NCBI GenBank assembly: GCA_004431415.1
Contig: QPMI01000022.1
Coordinates: forward strand, 62,001 to 126,000
Length of the DNA: 64,000 nt
Direction of reading: 5' to 3'
DNA from: Cyanophora paradoxa CCMP329
Lineage: Eukaryota; Plantae; Glaucophyta
The notes beneath the pieces are model-generated. The model ran no database searches. It was not told where the DNA came from and saw only the letters and a program-made list of their open reading frames with translations. A program made the translations under genes and the position numbers. Positions within the stretch are counted from its first letter, which is position 1, and each line of letters opens with the position of its first letter. Shown here one piece after another: positions 46,842 to 59,451 of the stretch.

Positions 46842-47116
46842 TTGATCGTACGCGTGCGTAGTTGCGCGCGCGCCCTGCAGCTGCAAGCTGCGGTAGTACT
46901 GCAGCTCCAGCGCGCTCGCAATCGTCTCTCCCTCGGGCTTAAGCTGCGCAGCGAGCTGCAGCTGCGTGCATGCAGCTGCGCATGCCTTAAGCTTGATATC
47001 TGTTCTCCATAGGGCGAACCAGCGAGGCCAGCTATCGCGAGCGTATATCCATGGCCAGCGCTATAGCTAGCTCCAGCTGCAGTCGCTCAGCTGCAGGCGC
47101 GGCGACCGCGGCGGAG

Positions 47117-50100
47117 ATGTGGGCTGCGGCCGCGGCATCCAAGAAGCTCAAGCTCGTCTCTGGCCTTGACCACGAGCTCGGGTCGGTCTACGGAGCAGAT
47201 GTGTCTCGGGTGCGCATGCGCTTGTAAATGCATCGCGACGCGCACGCGCATACGCAGCTACAGTTCTAGATCTAGTTCAAGTTCAGGCGGTGCTCCGTAA
47301 TCCTTAAGATTACATCTAACGCGCTGCCTGCAGGACGGGCGCTGGGTCTTGGCGTATGTGACGCCCTACCTGATGGGATCGAAAATGAAGCGAGGCCGCT
47401 TTCTAGCAGCGATGACGCTCTGGTCGGCTCGCCACTGGCCGTGGACCATACACCGTCAGTGGCAGATCGAAGATATGCATGCAGGTCCGCCGCCCAGTTA
47501 CCGCCTCATGTTTTTACTCGCCTAGGCTCGCCAGTACGCTCGCTTAGCTATAGGCCTCACAAATTAGGCCTAGGCTTTCAGGCCCAAGCTTGGGCAGTAC
47601 GTATATACAGTCCTAATTGCAACCCAGGCACCGGCGTGTCGATCGCGCGCTTCTCGCCAGACGGCCTCAGGATCGCCTCCGGAGGCATGGACGGCCGCGT
47701 GACCGTCTACGACGTCAGAGACGGACGCAAGCTCTACGAGCTCGAGGCCTCGGCTCCCTGCGAAACTTCGACTTCCATCATAACGGACCTCGACTTCTCG
47801 CGATCGGAGGTGATCATGATCACCAGGAGTACTACAGCTAGTCTTCTAGCTAGAGATTTAGATCTGGATCTAAATCGAAATCGATATGTGGATTTGAAAA
47901 CTGATATCTAGATTTAAGCTCTAGATCTAGACCTCGATCGGAGGTGATCATGATCATGATCATCATATTCATGAGTCCTTCTAGATCTAAATTAAAGTTC
48001 TAGATTTAGACCTCGGCTGCTGCGCATCATGGAATCTTTATGAATGCGCAGCAAATGCATATGGCCTGTACGTTTCTGTCCCGAATCGCCTATTAATTGA
48101 ATTGAATAACATAGCTGTAGGCCGCTAGCGCTGCTCATGACTCCTCACTAAAGCCGGCCCCAGGACGAGCACGCGTTTTCTGTGGCCGCATCATGCATCG
48201 TGGCGCCGCCCCCCAAGGACGGCCCCATGTCGACTGTCATCGGCTGGCTACTCGACTGCCGGCCGTCGTCTGTCGGTACACCTGTACGACGGCCGCACAC
48301 TGCGCAGCTGTTCAGCGTCGAGCTGCCGGACAGGATGGCGAATACCCTGGCCTTCGTTCCGGTGCGATCTAGCACGTGCACTTCATTGAATATAAATGAC
48401 TCGGCCATGACAACTTATGCGTATACATGATACTTCACTACTCATGCAGAGTTCGGACCCCGCAAGAACTTCTGTTGTCTATGCGTACACCTATCCCACG
48501 CCCGCTGGATCGACCGCAGTATCCAAAGCCGGCGCACAGATCTTCACCAAGTCTACTTCGGCAAAGAAGGGCCAGGTTTTTGAGCTCGGGCACCCCAAAG
48601 GAAACTGGAGTCACGCGCGGATAAAGGCTTTTTCGAATCCTCATATGGTTAACCTCAAGCTTGCTTATAATTATATTCCATAATCTTGCTTTCTTGTAAT
48701 CTTGCTTATGATTATTCCGATCTTCACAGAAGGAAGCTTTGTATGTGTCCAGTAATTTCGATGGGAGCCTCAGCGTGTGGAGCTCTTCAGGCACGTCGCC
48801 TCCGCGGCCGGTGGTTGTCTCGTGCAGCGGGCGCGTCGCAGGCTTCGCACTCTCAGAGGTGCGGACTGTCAATGATGATGAACATCACCTCTGCTTGAGC
48901 TCACGTCGATCTTAATTTGAAGTTAGCTTAAGCTTAAGCTCTGCTCAAGATTGACATCACCCCTGCTAGCTAGTTAAGCTTGCTCGAGCTCTGCTTAAGC
49001 ATGTGCTGCTCCAGGACGGAACTCTGCTGTCGGCGGTCGGGGATGGCTTCCTGAAGATGTGGAACGCGGGGACAGGGGAGCTTATCTACGAGAAGAACTC
49101 GGATCGCATCTACACTTCCGTCTCCATGTCCGGGGTTCGACTTCTATAAATTGGGACCTCGTTCAATATTCTATAATCATAAATTGGGAGCTCGATTAGC
49201 TTGCAATCGGCACCGCCCATCTCACAATCGCAATGGGCACTGCTTGCAACTTGCTCACAATCTCCCCAGCTTCGGCCGCGGGCCTCATTCGGCTTGCAGC
49301 CGGCACCATCCGATTTATGATATCGATTCCGCATGCGCATGCGCAGGACGGGCGCAAGGTGGCGCTGGCGTCGGACAAGGGCCTCTTCGTCTACGTCGTC
49401 CCGGACGACGTCGCGGGCCCGGCCCCGGCCCCTTGGTCGCCCGCAGCTGAATCTGGTGTCCATAATATTCCTGTGAATGCGCCGGGCCCGGGTGCGCATG
49501 CGCTAAAATTGCATGCGCCTCTAGTAGCTATGGAACTATAGTTCCATTCGTCCGCATCGTTCTGACCTTCTCTTCACCAGCACAAGAACCCCCTTCTTCT
49601 GAATCTGGTCCTGGTTCGGTGCCCAAGGGCGGCTGCCAGAAAGAGCTTGACAGTTCGGCGGCGGACCTGTGGATCGAAGCTGGGAGCCAATCGGGAGGCT
49701 TCCCCATGCCCTTCACAACACGCCGCGGGATAGAGAATGCGACACCCTCACAGATGCATTTTTTCAGCACTAGCATGTCATCGGTATGTTTCTACTGTTC
49801 TCGCTGTTTTTCATCCGAGTAAAGTTTAGAGCTCTCACGCATATTGCTCAGGACGGCGCTTTCGTCCTCCTGACGACCTTTGAAAGCATTCTGCTTTATT
49901 CCACGGCAAACTGCGACATGCTCTACCGCTGGGGTTCACCTCACGCCCCTTGCGGCGCTTCAGCAGCTTGCTTCTCACCCGATGGAATGAAAATCCTCTC
50001 TGGCTCAACATGTGTTGGAGAGCGAAAGATTAAAGTTTGGGATGCGCATTGCAGATCAGAGAACTTCTTGCTGGAGCTGGTAGAGCCATTGCCAAGCAAA

Positions 50101-52707
50101 ACGACAGCGTGTGCAATCACGGACCTCGCAATGTCTCAGGTCCGTGTATCACATATGGCCAAAGCTGATTGCTTATTCGTATTCATGCGAAAGGACGGAA
50201 ACTTGGTGTTCGAGGCGAGCAAAACCGATTTCGTGAGGCCAGATGCGCTCTTGGGCACGGTGTTTTGTGTATCTGTTTGGAGTATGAGTACTCGGAAACG
50301 AATATCCCAGCTTTTCTTAGATCCCGATCAGCGTGTTGAACGCATCTTTGGCCAGCTGGTGTGCACGTATCGTCTCTCAAGCCTGATCATGTATGCGTCT
50401 GATGGTCTGAATGTGCATGTACATGTGCAGGAAGACTCTTGGATATTCTACTCGATATCTAAATCTCTGATGTCGACGTCGGTGCCGACTTCCGCCTCGC
50501 GAACAATTCAAATTGAGTGCTGGAATTGGGAGAACGAGGGACCCGGAAATAACATGTACACGATTGAGACGATTGCTGACTGCTATTATATCTTTTTCGC
50601 CGTGCGAATCTTTTCCGATCCAGACATATTTATAATTACGTATATATGCGCTATCGACCATTAAATAAAACGCTCGCAGAACGGGAAGTGGATTGCATCT
50701 GCAGACCTTCAAGGCAATATTCTCTTGCACCCCCTGACACGTGAAACGACTCAAAGCGGCCCTGTTTTGTGTACTCGGCGCCCGATAGTGCTGGGAGGGC
50801 ATAGACGACGCATCCGGGACCTCTCAATTTCTCCCGTGCGATTTCTTTTCATTTGTTACATTATCATGACCATTACATCACTTTAACTTGCAATTGGATT
50901 CGACAGGACAATTCGCTGCTTGTTTCCGGCGCAGATGACGGAATCTGGCTCTGGAAAATCCATCCATATGCAGAAAAGGCTGCAGCTGCCGTGATCGCAC
51001 AACTGAGCATCCCTCCTTCGTACTGTACATGTCTTTCAATATCAAACGTTCGCAATGCATCATACTTGTTTTTTAAATTCATTGCGATACATTCGTACTC
51101 ATACATAAGCAGGACGGGAGGACGATTTCGTGGTACTCGGCGGCACGAGGAGTATGCATATGGTCCATCGGGGCCGCTCAGAATTCGGATGTAGAGGTGA
51201 GCTAAACTTTCGTCGTAGAATTTACACTCATTTCTGATTTCACGGCGTTGCAGGCCGCTGCACGGTCCATGCTTGGCGATTCGAGAAAGAAAAAGAACAA
51301 GAAGAAGAAAAAGAACAAGAAGAGCAAGAGCAGGCCTGCAGCCTCCGCAGATCCAAAGACACAGGTACGCGAATGAGTCGTTTGCGCAATTATTTTTGGG
51401 TAACATGCTTTCGCCAACACGAATATTGCGGCACAGGAAGCGGGTTCCAGCACGGACGTCGAGGAGGCATCTGCAGCGGAAACCCATGGCCAGAGACTGG
51501 AAGAGAATGCAGCGCGTGCACGTCTCGCACAGGAGCCCTCCGAAGTGGAGCCGGCCAAATTCGAACCGGAATTGTCTGCAGCGGACGATCGCGAGCTGGA
51601 GCGGCTCGCCGAGCTCTGTCTGGCGCCCGCCATCGCCACGGACGAGGCCAAGGCTCCGGAGGCGCCGGCGGTAGCCACGGCGCAAGCGCCGGCGCAGCTC
51701 GAGGTGGCGGCGCGCGCGGCGCCGGACGCGGGAGATGCAGATCTAGAGCTGGAAGCGGATCTGCACGCTGCGGGCCCGCCAGCAGCGGAGGCGGCACAGC
51801 AGCAGGCGGGGGGCCCGGAGGAGGTCGGGCGGCTCCGGGCGGCGCTGGCGGGGCTCGAGGCGGCGGAGGCGCGCGCCGCGGTCGCGGAGGGGCGGGCGGC
51901 AGAGCTGGAGGGCGCGCTCCGCACGTCCGAGCTGGCGGCCAAGGACGCGGAGCAGCGGGCGGCCTCCTCGGAGAGGTGGACCGCGATCGCGCGGCAGGCG
52001 GCGGCGGCGTCGGAATCACAGCTGACGGCAATGGAGCAGCAGATGGCGGAGGTGCTCAGGCGCGCCGCGGCGGCCGAGGCGCGCGCGGCAGCCGTGGAGC
52101 AGCGGGCGGCGGCCGCGGAGGTGCGCGCGGCGGGCGTGCAGCGGCACGCAGACGAAGTACAGCAGCAGGCGGAGTCCGCGAAGGCGTGGGCGGCTGCCGA
52201 GCGGGCGCAGGCGGAGGCGTGGCTGCAGGAGGCGGGACGGCGCGCGGCTGCGGCAGAGGCGGAGGCGGAGGCGCAGCGGCGGCGCGCGGTGGCGGCCGCG
52301 GATGCCGCGCAGGAGCTGGAGGCGCAGCTGGCGGAAGCGCGGCGGCGGGCGGGGCGGCGGAGCTGCTGCACGACGAGGCGGCGCTCGCGGCGCTGCCCGA
52401 GGCGGAGCTCGAAGCCCTCTCCGACCGCCTCCACGCCGCCCAGCGCCGCGTCGAGCGCGCCCTCCGCGCCGCGGCTGCCTCGGCGGCGGCAGCAGCAGCA
52501 GCGGCGGCGGCGGCGGCGGCGGCCCGGACATTCGAGTGCGCGGTGTGCCTGGAGGCGAAGGGCCTGGCGCAGCGGCGGGCGCTGCAGCCCTGCGGACACG
52601 TCTTCTGCCTGCCGTGCGTGCACAGGCTGCAGGCGTGCGGCGAAGCGTGCCCGAACTGCCGGCGGGCCTTCACCGGCATGCGGCCCATCTTCGACAACCT
52701 CGCCTAG
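47117..52707 (+). CDS. WD40 beta-propeller(s) + Ala/Glu coiled coil + C-terminal C3HC4 RING finger; putative E3 ubiquitin ligase
   Basis: WD repeats ARFSPDGLRIASGGMDGRVTVYD, DGTLLSAVGDGFLKMWNA, CFSPDGMKILSG...IKVWD and DNSLLVSGADDGIWLWKI. RING CAVC...PCGHVFCLPC...CPNC. A 1-nt frameshift in a G run at ~52350 separates the coil frame from the RING frame. Confidence 0.75.
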
Positions 52708-53171
52708 GCGAGGCCAGCTGAAGCCTGCAGACTGTAAGATTCAGCCGCGCTGTAGGTCGCTAGATTTATTTTGTCTGCGTAGATTTAGATTTCGAGCCAC
52801 GCTAAGTAGTTCGATAGATTCAAGATTCATTACAGTGAGTCGCAGTCAGGACGTGTATATGTGACAATATTAATGTTGTTGATCTCGATCGATCCAAATT
52901 CTCGTATCTATTTTCTTTTATCTATCGGCTCTAGTCAACGTTTTGTAGGCCACGCACCTCAATTGCAAGCTGAGATAGAAGGGCTTTACGTCAAGTGACC
53001 TTAATTTCATCTTTTGATACGTAGCTTTCAATCCGCCGCTGATGGAAACAGCGAATGCGAGCGCAGGTGCTCGCGATCGACGAGCTGGATATCGACGCCA
53101 GGCACATTCCGCACATGCCAGGCAATGGCACATCGCGTCCGTTCTGTCTGTTGTCTTCTGATCAGTGCTTC

Positions 53172-55354
53172 GGGGCAGGTGGAGCAGCGTACGCGTGGAG
53201 GAGGCGGCGCGGGCGCTGGAGGAGAGCCAGGCGGCGGGGCGCAATGCGCAGGACGACATCCGCTCCCTCGAGCGCGAGCGCGAGGGCCTCAAGGTGCCTT
53301 CTTCCTCCCTTCTCGCCTCCCTTTCGTTCGGGCGCTGCTGAGGCGGCGGGGCGGGGCGGCGCAGTCGGAGATCGCGCGGGCGACGGCGGCGCTGCGGGAG
53401 CAGGAGGCGGCGACGCGGGCGGTGGAGGAGGAGAAGGGCGCCTCGGCCTCGGCCGCCCGCGCGCTGGACGACGCCAAGGCCCTCGTCGAGGCGCGGCTCG
53501 CCGAGTCGGAGGCGGCGCGGGCGGCGGCCGAGGCGGAGCTCGAGTCGCTCCAGAGGGAGCTCGCGGCCGTCAAGAAGGAGCGCCACGGCCTCTCCAACCA
53601 GGCTAGCCGCCCCGCCCCGCCGCGCAGAGCTGAGCTGAGCTGGGAGCGTCGCTGAGCTGTCGGGCGGGGCAGGTGGCGCAGCTGGAGGAGCTGCAGGCGG
53701 CGGAGTCGGCGGCGGCGAAGGACGCGCGGGGGCGCCTGGCGGAGCTGCAGAAGGAGAAGGCGGCGCTCGAGAACCAGTTCGCGGTGGCCAAGGGCGAGCG
53801 GGGGGGCCTGGAGCGCGAGCTGGAGCAGCTGCGCGAGGCGAAGAAGGGCGACATCAGCAAGCTGAAGGAGGCGGCGGAGGCGGAGAACCTGCGGCTCGTG
53901 CGGGAGCGCGCCGAGCTGCAGACGCGGCTCGAGGTCGAGCTCTCCGAGTCGCAGCGCCAGGTCTCCACCCTCGGCGAGATGAAGGTCCGCCAGACGAGCC
54001 GCGCCCCGCCCCGCGCCGCGCCGGGCTCGTCTGATCGGCGGCGGCCGCGCAGGCGGCGCTCGAGCGGGACCTGAACGACGTGCGGGAGAGGCGGCGCGTC
54101 CTCGGGGACCAGCTCAGGGTGCGGCCGGCCCGGCGCCGCGTGGCCGCTCTCTTTCTGAGCGGGCGGGGCGGGGCGCAGGACACGGAGGCGGCGAAGGAGG
54201 CGGCGGAGGCGGCGCTGGCGGCGGCGCAGGCGCGGGGCCGCAAGCTCGAGGCGGACCTCGCGGAGGCGCGGGACAAGCTGGCGCAGGCCGACGAGGCGCG
54301 GCGGGCGCTGGAGGCCGAGCTCGAGCGCGCCCGCGCCGCCGGCGAGAAGCTGGCCAAGGAGAAGGCGGCGCTGGAGGCGGCGGCGGCGGAGCTCGAGCGG
54401 GGCAAGGAGCGGGCCGAGCGGGAGCGGGCGGCGGCCGAGGAGGAGGCCTCGAAGCTGCAACGGGAGGCGAGCCACACGCAGAAGCACCGGCGCAACCTCG
54501 AGCAGTCCAAGGTGCCCCGGGCCCGCCCGCCCGCCGCGCCGCCGCCGCTCGTCGCCTGCTGAGCCCGGCGCCGGCGCGCGCAGACGGTGCTGGAGGGCGA
54601 CGTCGCGAGGCTCACGGGCCGCTGCCAGGCGCTGGAGACGGAGCGGGCGGAGCTGGCCGAGCGGCTGACGCGGGCCGACCGCGCCCGCAACGAGGCCGCG
54701 AGCGAGCTCGACAGCGCCGTCGACAAGCGGAAGGAGCTCGAGCGGGAGAAGCGGCGGCTGAAGGAGGAGCTGCACGAGGCGGAGGATCGCGAGGAGGCGG
54801 CCCAGCGCGAGGCGGCGGCGCAGCAGGCGCGCGCCGAGCAGGCGGAGGCGGGCGGGGCGCGCCTGGCGGAGAAGCTCGCCGCCGAGGAGCGCAAGTGCGC
54901 GAGCGTCGGCGCCGAGGCGGAGGACCGCGCGCGGCGCCTCGAGGCGCTCGCACAGGAGGTCCGCCCCTCCGCTCGCGTTCTCGAGCCCGCCCGCCCGCCC
55001 GCGCCGACGCGCGGCGCCGCGCGCGATCGCAGCGGGACGAGCTGCGGGGGCGCCTCGGGGCCGAGGAGGAGGCGTGCCGACAGGCGCTGGCGGGCGTGGC
55101 GCGGCTGGAGCGGGAGCTGGCGCGGGCGACGGGGGACTACGAGGAGGCGGAGGGGCGGGCGCGGGAGCGCGAGGGGCGCGTGGCGGAGCTCGAGGAGCAG
55201 CTCGCGGAGGAGCACGAGGCGGTCGCCGCCGCCACGTCGGAGAACGGGCAGCTGCACGAGCGGCTGCGGGAGCAGGAGCTGCTGGCGCAGGACCGCGGGG
55301 CGGCCGTCGAGAAGCTCAAGGCCGAGCTGGAGGGCGCCCAGCGGGAGGCGGCGG
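53172..55354 (+). pseudogene. Inverted partial duplicate of the myosin coiled-coil tail (about 4379-6565), introns retained, no motor domain
   Basis: Near-identical exons ([27 protein letters not shown]; [22 protein letters not shown]) and recognisable introns. Similarity is lost abruptly at both ends. Confidence 0.92.
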
Positions 55355-55698
55355 TCGCATCGGGAGGCCACCGCCTCCGGGGTGGCGTCGGGCGTCGAGG
55401 CGCCGGGATCGGGATCGGGGGCCGGCGCGGGGGCCGGGTCCGGGCGAGCCGCGTCGATCGAAGGCCCAATATATTTAAATTGCAAGCAGTTGTCCGCTGG
55501 GAAATTACAGCAGTCGGGGCGCGGCCGCGGTGGGGCCTGATCGCGAGCGGGGGAGTGGGAGGGGAGAGCCCCTTGGGACGCGGTGGGGGGAGAGCCGGGG
55601 AATGGGGGGGAGGGGGGGGGGCGGGAAGGGGGGAGGTGGTGGGTTTTGGGGGGGGGGGGGGGGGGGTGCTGCACGCTGTGATTAATTTTGAAGGGGGA

Positions 55699-58158
55699 TC
55701 ATGGAGCCGGAAAGGGCAGCTGCTGCCGCTGCTGCTGGTGCTGGAGCGCCACGCGGAGCTGCTGCTCGCTCTGCTGGGCCCGCTGCAGCTCGAGGAACAG
55801 GGCGCCGAGATCGGCGCCCGGGGGCAGCTGCAGCGAGCCAGAGCCCGAGCTCGCGATCGGGCCCGGGCCCGGGACCGGGACCGGGGCCGCGCCGCAGCTG
55901 TACAAATAGCCGTAGGGGGCGAAAGAAGCCTGGCCATGGCCAGGAGGGAAGCCGGCACCGTAGGGGGAGAAAGACGCCGCGGGGGGCTGGAAGTGGAGAG
56001 GGGCGGCCGCGGCCACGGACGCCGGCCACGTCAGGGCGGGGGCCGCGGCCGGCGCTGGCGGGGATCCGGAGGTGGTGAGGGTGCTCGAGGAGGCTCTGCG
56101 CTTGGGCTCCGCGTCCTCGTCCTCGTCCTCGCGATCGCCGTCGTCGTCGACGTCGGCGTCGGCGGGGCGGGCTCCAGATCCAGATCCAGAGGGGGGCGCA
56201 CTGCCCCGGCCCCGGGCGCCGCCGCTTCTAGCGCTAGCGCGGCCCCGGGCTCCGGATCCGCCCCTGGCCCTGGCCCTGGCGCCGCCACTCTCCGTTGCGG
56301 CAGGCCCAGGCCCACGTGCGGACTTGGCCGGGCGCCTGGTGCTGGTGCTGGGGCCGGTGCCGCGGCCGGCGGCAAGCCTAGGCGCCCCACGGGCCTTCGA
56401 GGCGGGCTCCGAGCTCGCGCCGGCGGGGCCCGCACCCTGCGACGTCGACGGCCCCGCGGCCGGGGACGACTGCTCGCGATCGCGCTCCTCGCGGTCGCGA
56501 TCGGCAGCTTCAGATTCCACAACGGCGCGGGTGCGCTTCTTGCTCCTGCTCCTGCAATTGCAACCGATACAGTAAATCTCTTCATATTTGCTTTCATAAT
56601 CACGAGAAAATTGCGGCTTACGTTTCGCCGCCGTCATTGCCAAAGTTGGGCCGCTCGCCTGCCTTCTTGTCTTTAATTCTCCTGCACAAAATAAACACTA
56701 ATGTCAGCAACAAATTCTTGCAATGTATGTATTTATAATCGCTCGAGGAGCTCGAGGACAGACTTGAGAACGGCGTGGCGGTTCTTCGCGTACATGCCCT
56801 CAAGCTTCTTGATGCCGTCCGGGCCTTTCGAGAAGTAGGTCCGGAGGCGCGGGACAATGTACTTCTCCATGTACTCGGCGTCGAATTCGAAGCGCTGGAG
56901 ATCGTCGGCGCTGATATCCTTGGCGTCGCGCTTCCTTGATACCACATCAAACCTGCGTGCGTGGCGAGGCACTCGAGATCAGTACAACACAAGTTAAAAC
57001 CAAGCAGCATAGCAGCACAGCAGGCGCGCGCACAGGCAGTCCATCTTCTCGACGGCAAGTCCAGTGATGAACCTCGTCTGCTTGTCCGTGGCATCCTCCG
57101 TCAACAGGCGCGCTATGCGGGCCAGAGAGCGCGCGAACTTGACGTTTATCTGTGATCATCGGATCGCGATCGATATCATGAATTTGGTAGCTGGTTTATC
57201 TGTTTATATGTTTTTCTTTTTACTGTAAAGCAACGTTTATAGTCGAAGAAGTTAACGTTTAAGGCACCTTTTTCTCGTACGATTCTCTGTACTTGGCTTC
57301 ATCACCGTCAAAGAAGACGGTCGTGGCAAAGTCATCGGCGATTCGGTCGCCGCCCTTCGTCTGCTGCGGGGTTGCGAGGTCGACGTCAGGCTGTATATAT
57401 ATGTAAGGTACAATTCATGTATATGTATATAATATAATTATAATTATATAAGCTGCATGCATATGGGCGGCGTTAACGTTAAGCCTGCCAAATATTTTAA
57501 TTGGAGCGCGATCGCCTTGGTCTCCAGATCTAGATCCGCGCCGCTCTTCGAATCCATCTTCGACTGGCCGCCGGCGCCGGCGCCGGCGGCCGCGAGGGAC
57601 GCGGCGCGCTCGCACTTGAGGTCGGCCTGCAGCATCCTCGCCGCCGGCTCGAAGCGCGGGTCCGCCAGCAGGTCCCCGGGCTCGTCCTCCCGCGCCATCA
57701 GGTAGAAGTAGAGCTCGCGCTCCGCTCCGACGCCGGGCTCGCTCCTCAGCACCCGGTAAGCGCCCTGCGAATCCGGAGATCGATCGCGCGCGCGCGCGCG
57801 GCGGCGCGAGCGCGGCACTTACTCCGTCATTTCCTATCTCCGCGAAGACGCCCGGCCTCTTCAGGTACAAGATGGCGAGCTGCTCCATCGACACGGCGCT
57901 CGGGATGCGGGCGCTGGACATGAGCTCCCCCATAAGGTGCGCGAAGGCGCCGCGGCCGCGGGGGCACGTGCACTGCAGCTCGTCGACACTGCATGTGCCT
58001 ACGACGAGGGACTCAAAGCCCAGGATGCGCGGAGGCGCCGGCGCCTGGCCTTCACCCGCGATCGATCGCGAGACGACGGCTTTCACGCCATCACTGACGC
58101 CGAGGCTGTAGTTCCTCCAGCTACAGTGGCTGCTGCTCTCGCGCTCGTCGCCCGACAT
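55699..58158 (-). CDS. Orphan multi-exon hypothetical protein with AT-rich introns and a disordered basic/acidic C-terminus
   Basis: Exons MSGDERESS...KRPGVFAEIG, AYRVLRSEPG...LKYLAG, DFATTVFFDGDEAKYRESYEKK, INVKFARSLAR..., SRKRDAKDISADDLQRFEFD...LELLERL and KRKPQFSRDYESKYEEIYCIGCNCRSRSKKRTR. Confidence 0.6.
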
Positions 58159-59451
58159 CGATATCCCAGCTGCAGCCGATGAGCTGCGCGCATGCAGCGA
58201 TATCGATATCCAGCGCTAGCGCCGGCCAGCGCGCGATACTGTCGAATCAGTGTCGATATCGCAGGCTTCGCAGCTCGGGCAGCCGCTGAGCTGCGTGCAC
58301 GCGTGCCGCGCATGCAGCTGCAGCCCGCCGCCGGGCCGCCGGGCCGCGCTGCGGCAGTGGTCGCCGCTGGTCGGCACTATGTGAGGCTGTAGTGCCGCTG
58401 TACGCTCGGCACTTGGCGGCGCATCATGGCATGCAGATTGGGCCATGGCCATGTGCGGCGATCGCGAATAAGCGCCCAAGTCCGCAATGAAAAAAAGCGC
58501 CTCGCGATCGCGATCGCAGCGCGCCCGGCGGCCGCGGGCAGCTGCAGCCTGCAGCGGCGCGCGGGCGCCGGCGCCGGCACTGCCGCAGTGCGCATGCATG
58601 CGCAGGCGCCCGCTGATCATGAGCTCGAGTCTGCAGCCGGCGCGGGCCATGCCCAGTGCACGTGCCGGCGCCGCCTACCGTAGTACAGCTGCAGGTATAC
58701 GTAGGGTTGCCGGGGCTGCGCGCGGGCCCGCGGCTCGGCCCGTTGAGCTACCGCCGCCTACCGGTACCGGTAGCGTTGTGCTGACCGGGCCTGTCCTTAC
58801 ATTAATGTAAGCCCCGCCCTGCCCCGCCCCGCGTCCGCCCCGGGCCCCGGCCCGCCCCGCCATGTCCCACCCCGCCCCCGGCCGCGGGCCCCTCGACCGT
58901 CGGACGTCCTGCGCTGTCCCGCCCCGCGCATGCCCCTCCCCGGAGTCCCCGCCCCGCCCCGCCCTGCCAGAGCCCCATGAAGGGCAGCTAGTTGGGGTGA
59001 AGGTAGAGGGGGGCCGGCGCCGGGCGCCGGGGTGGGCCTTGAGCTGTCGAGGGCTGTCGAGGGCTGGCGTGCACGTGCACGTGCCGCAGTGCCCACCCCA
59101 CTGAAGCTGGACTGATGCCGAATAAAGTAGTACATTAGTTCTAGTTATATTTATCCAATTACTTGCAGTGCTTATAATAATTAAGGTTGTTCGTAAGAAG
59201 AAGGGATTCGTTTAACGTTGAAGTTACTTGAAGCCGCGGCGCGGCCCGGCGGCGCCCGCGGCCGTCAATATTAAGGGCCGCGGGGCCGGAGGAGCGAGGA
59301 GAAGAAGCGGGAGATTGACCCCGGCCCCGGCCCCGGCCCCGGCTCCCGAGGAGGAGAAGAAGAAGCAGCGGCCGTGGTGCCGGCGGCGGCCGCGGTACCG
59401 GTACCGGTCGCCACTGGCGACGATACCGATTCCGGTATCGGTGCCGGCCCC

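Noticed and set aside
52335-52365. Programmed frameshift between the coil and the RING
   Set aside because: A one-base loss in a G-rich run is more simply a sequencing error; similar slips occur at 24800-24970. Needs raw reads.
53067-53125. Exon-like VLAIDELDID (Walker B-like) just before the myosin copy
   Set aside because: Too short, no Walker A nearby, and the splice phase into the myosin copy does not obviously fit.
44776-58791. Definite hAT/CACTA transposon call
   Set aside because: The flanks (agcttgaa vs accgggcc) give no target-site duplication, the inverted match is only 13 bp and imperfect, and no transposase was seen. Kept only as a hypothesis.
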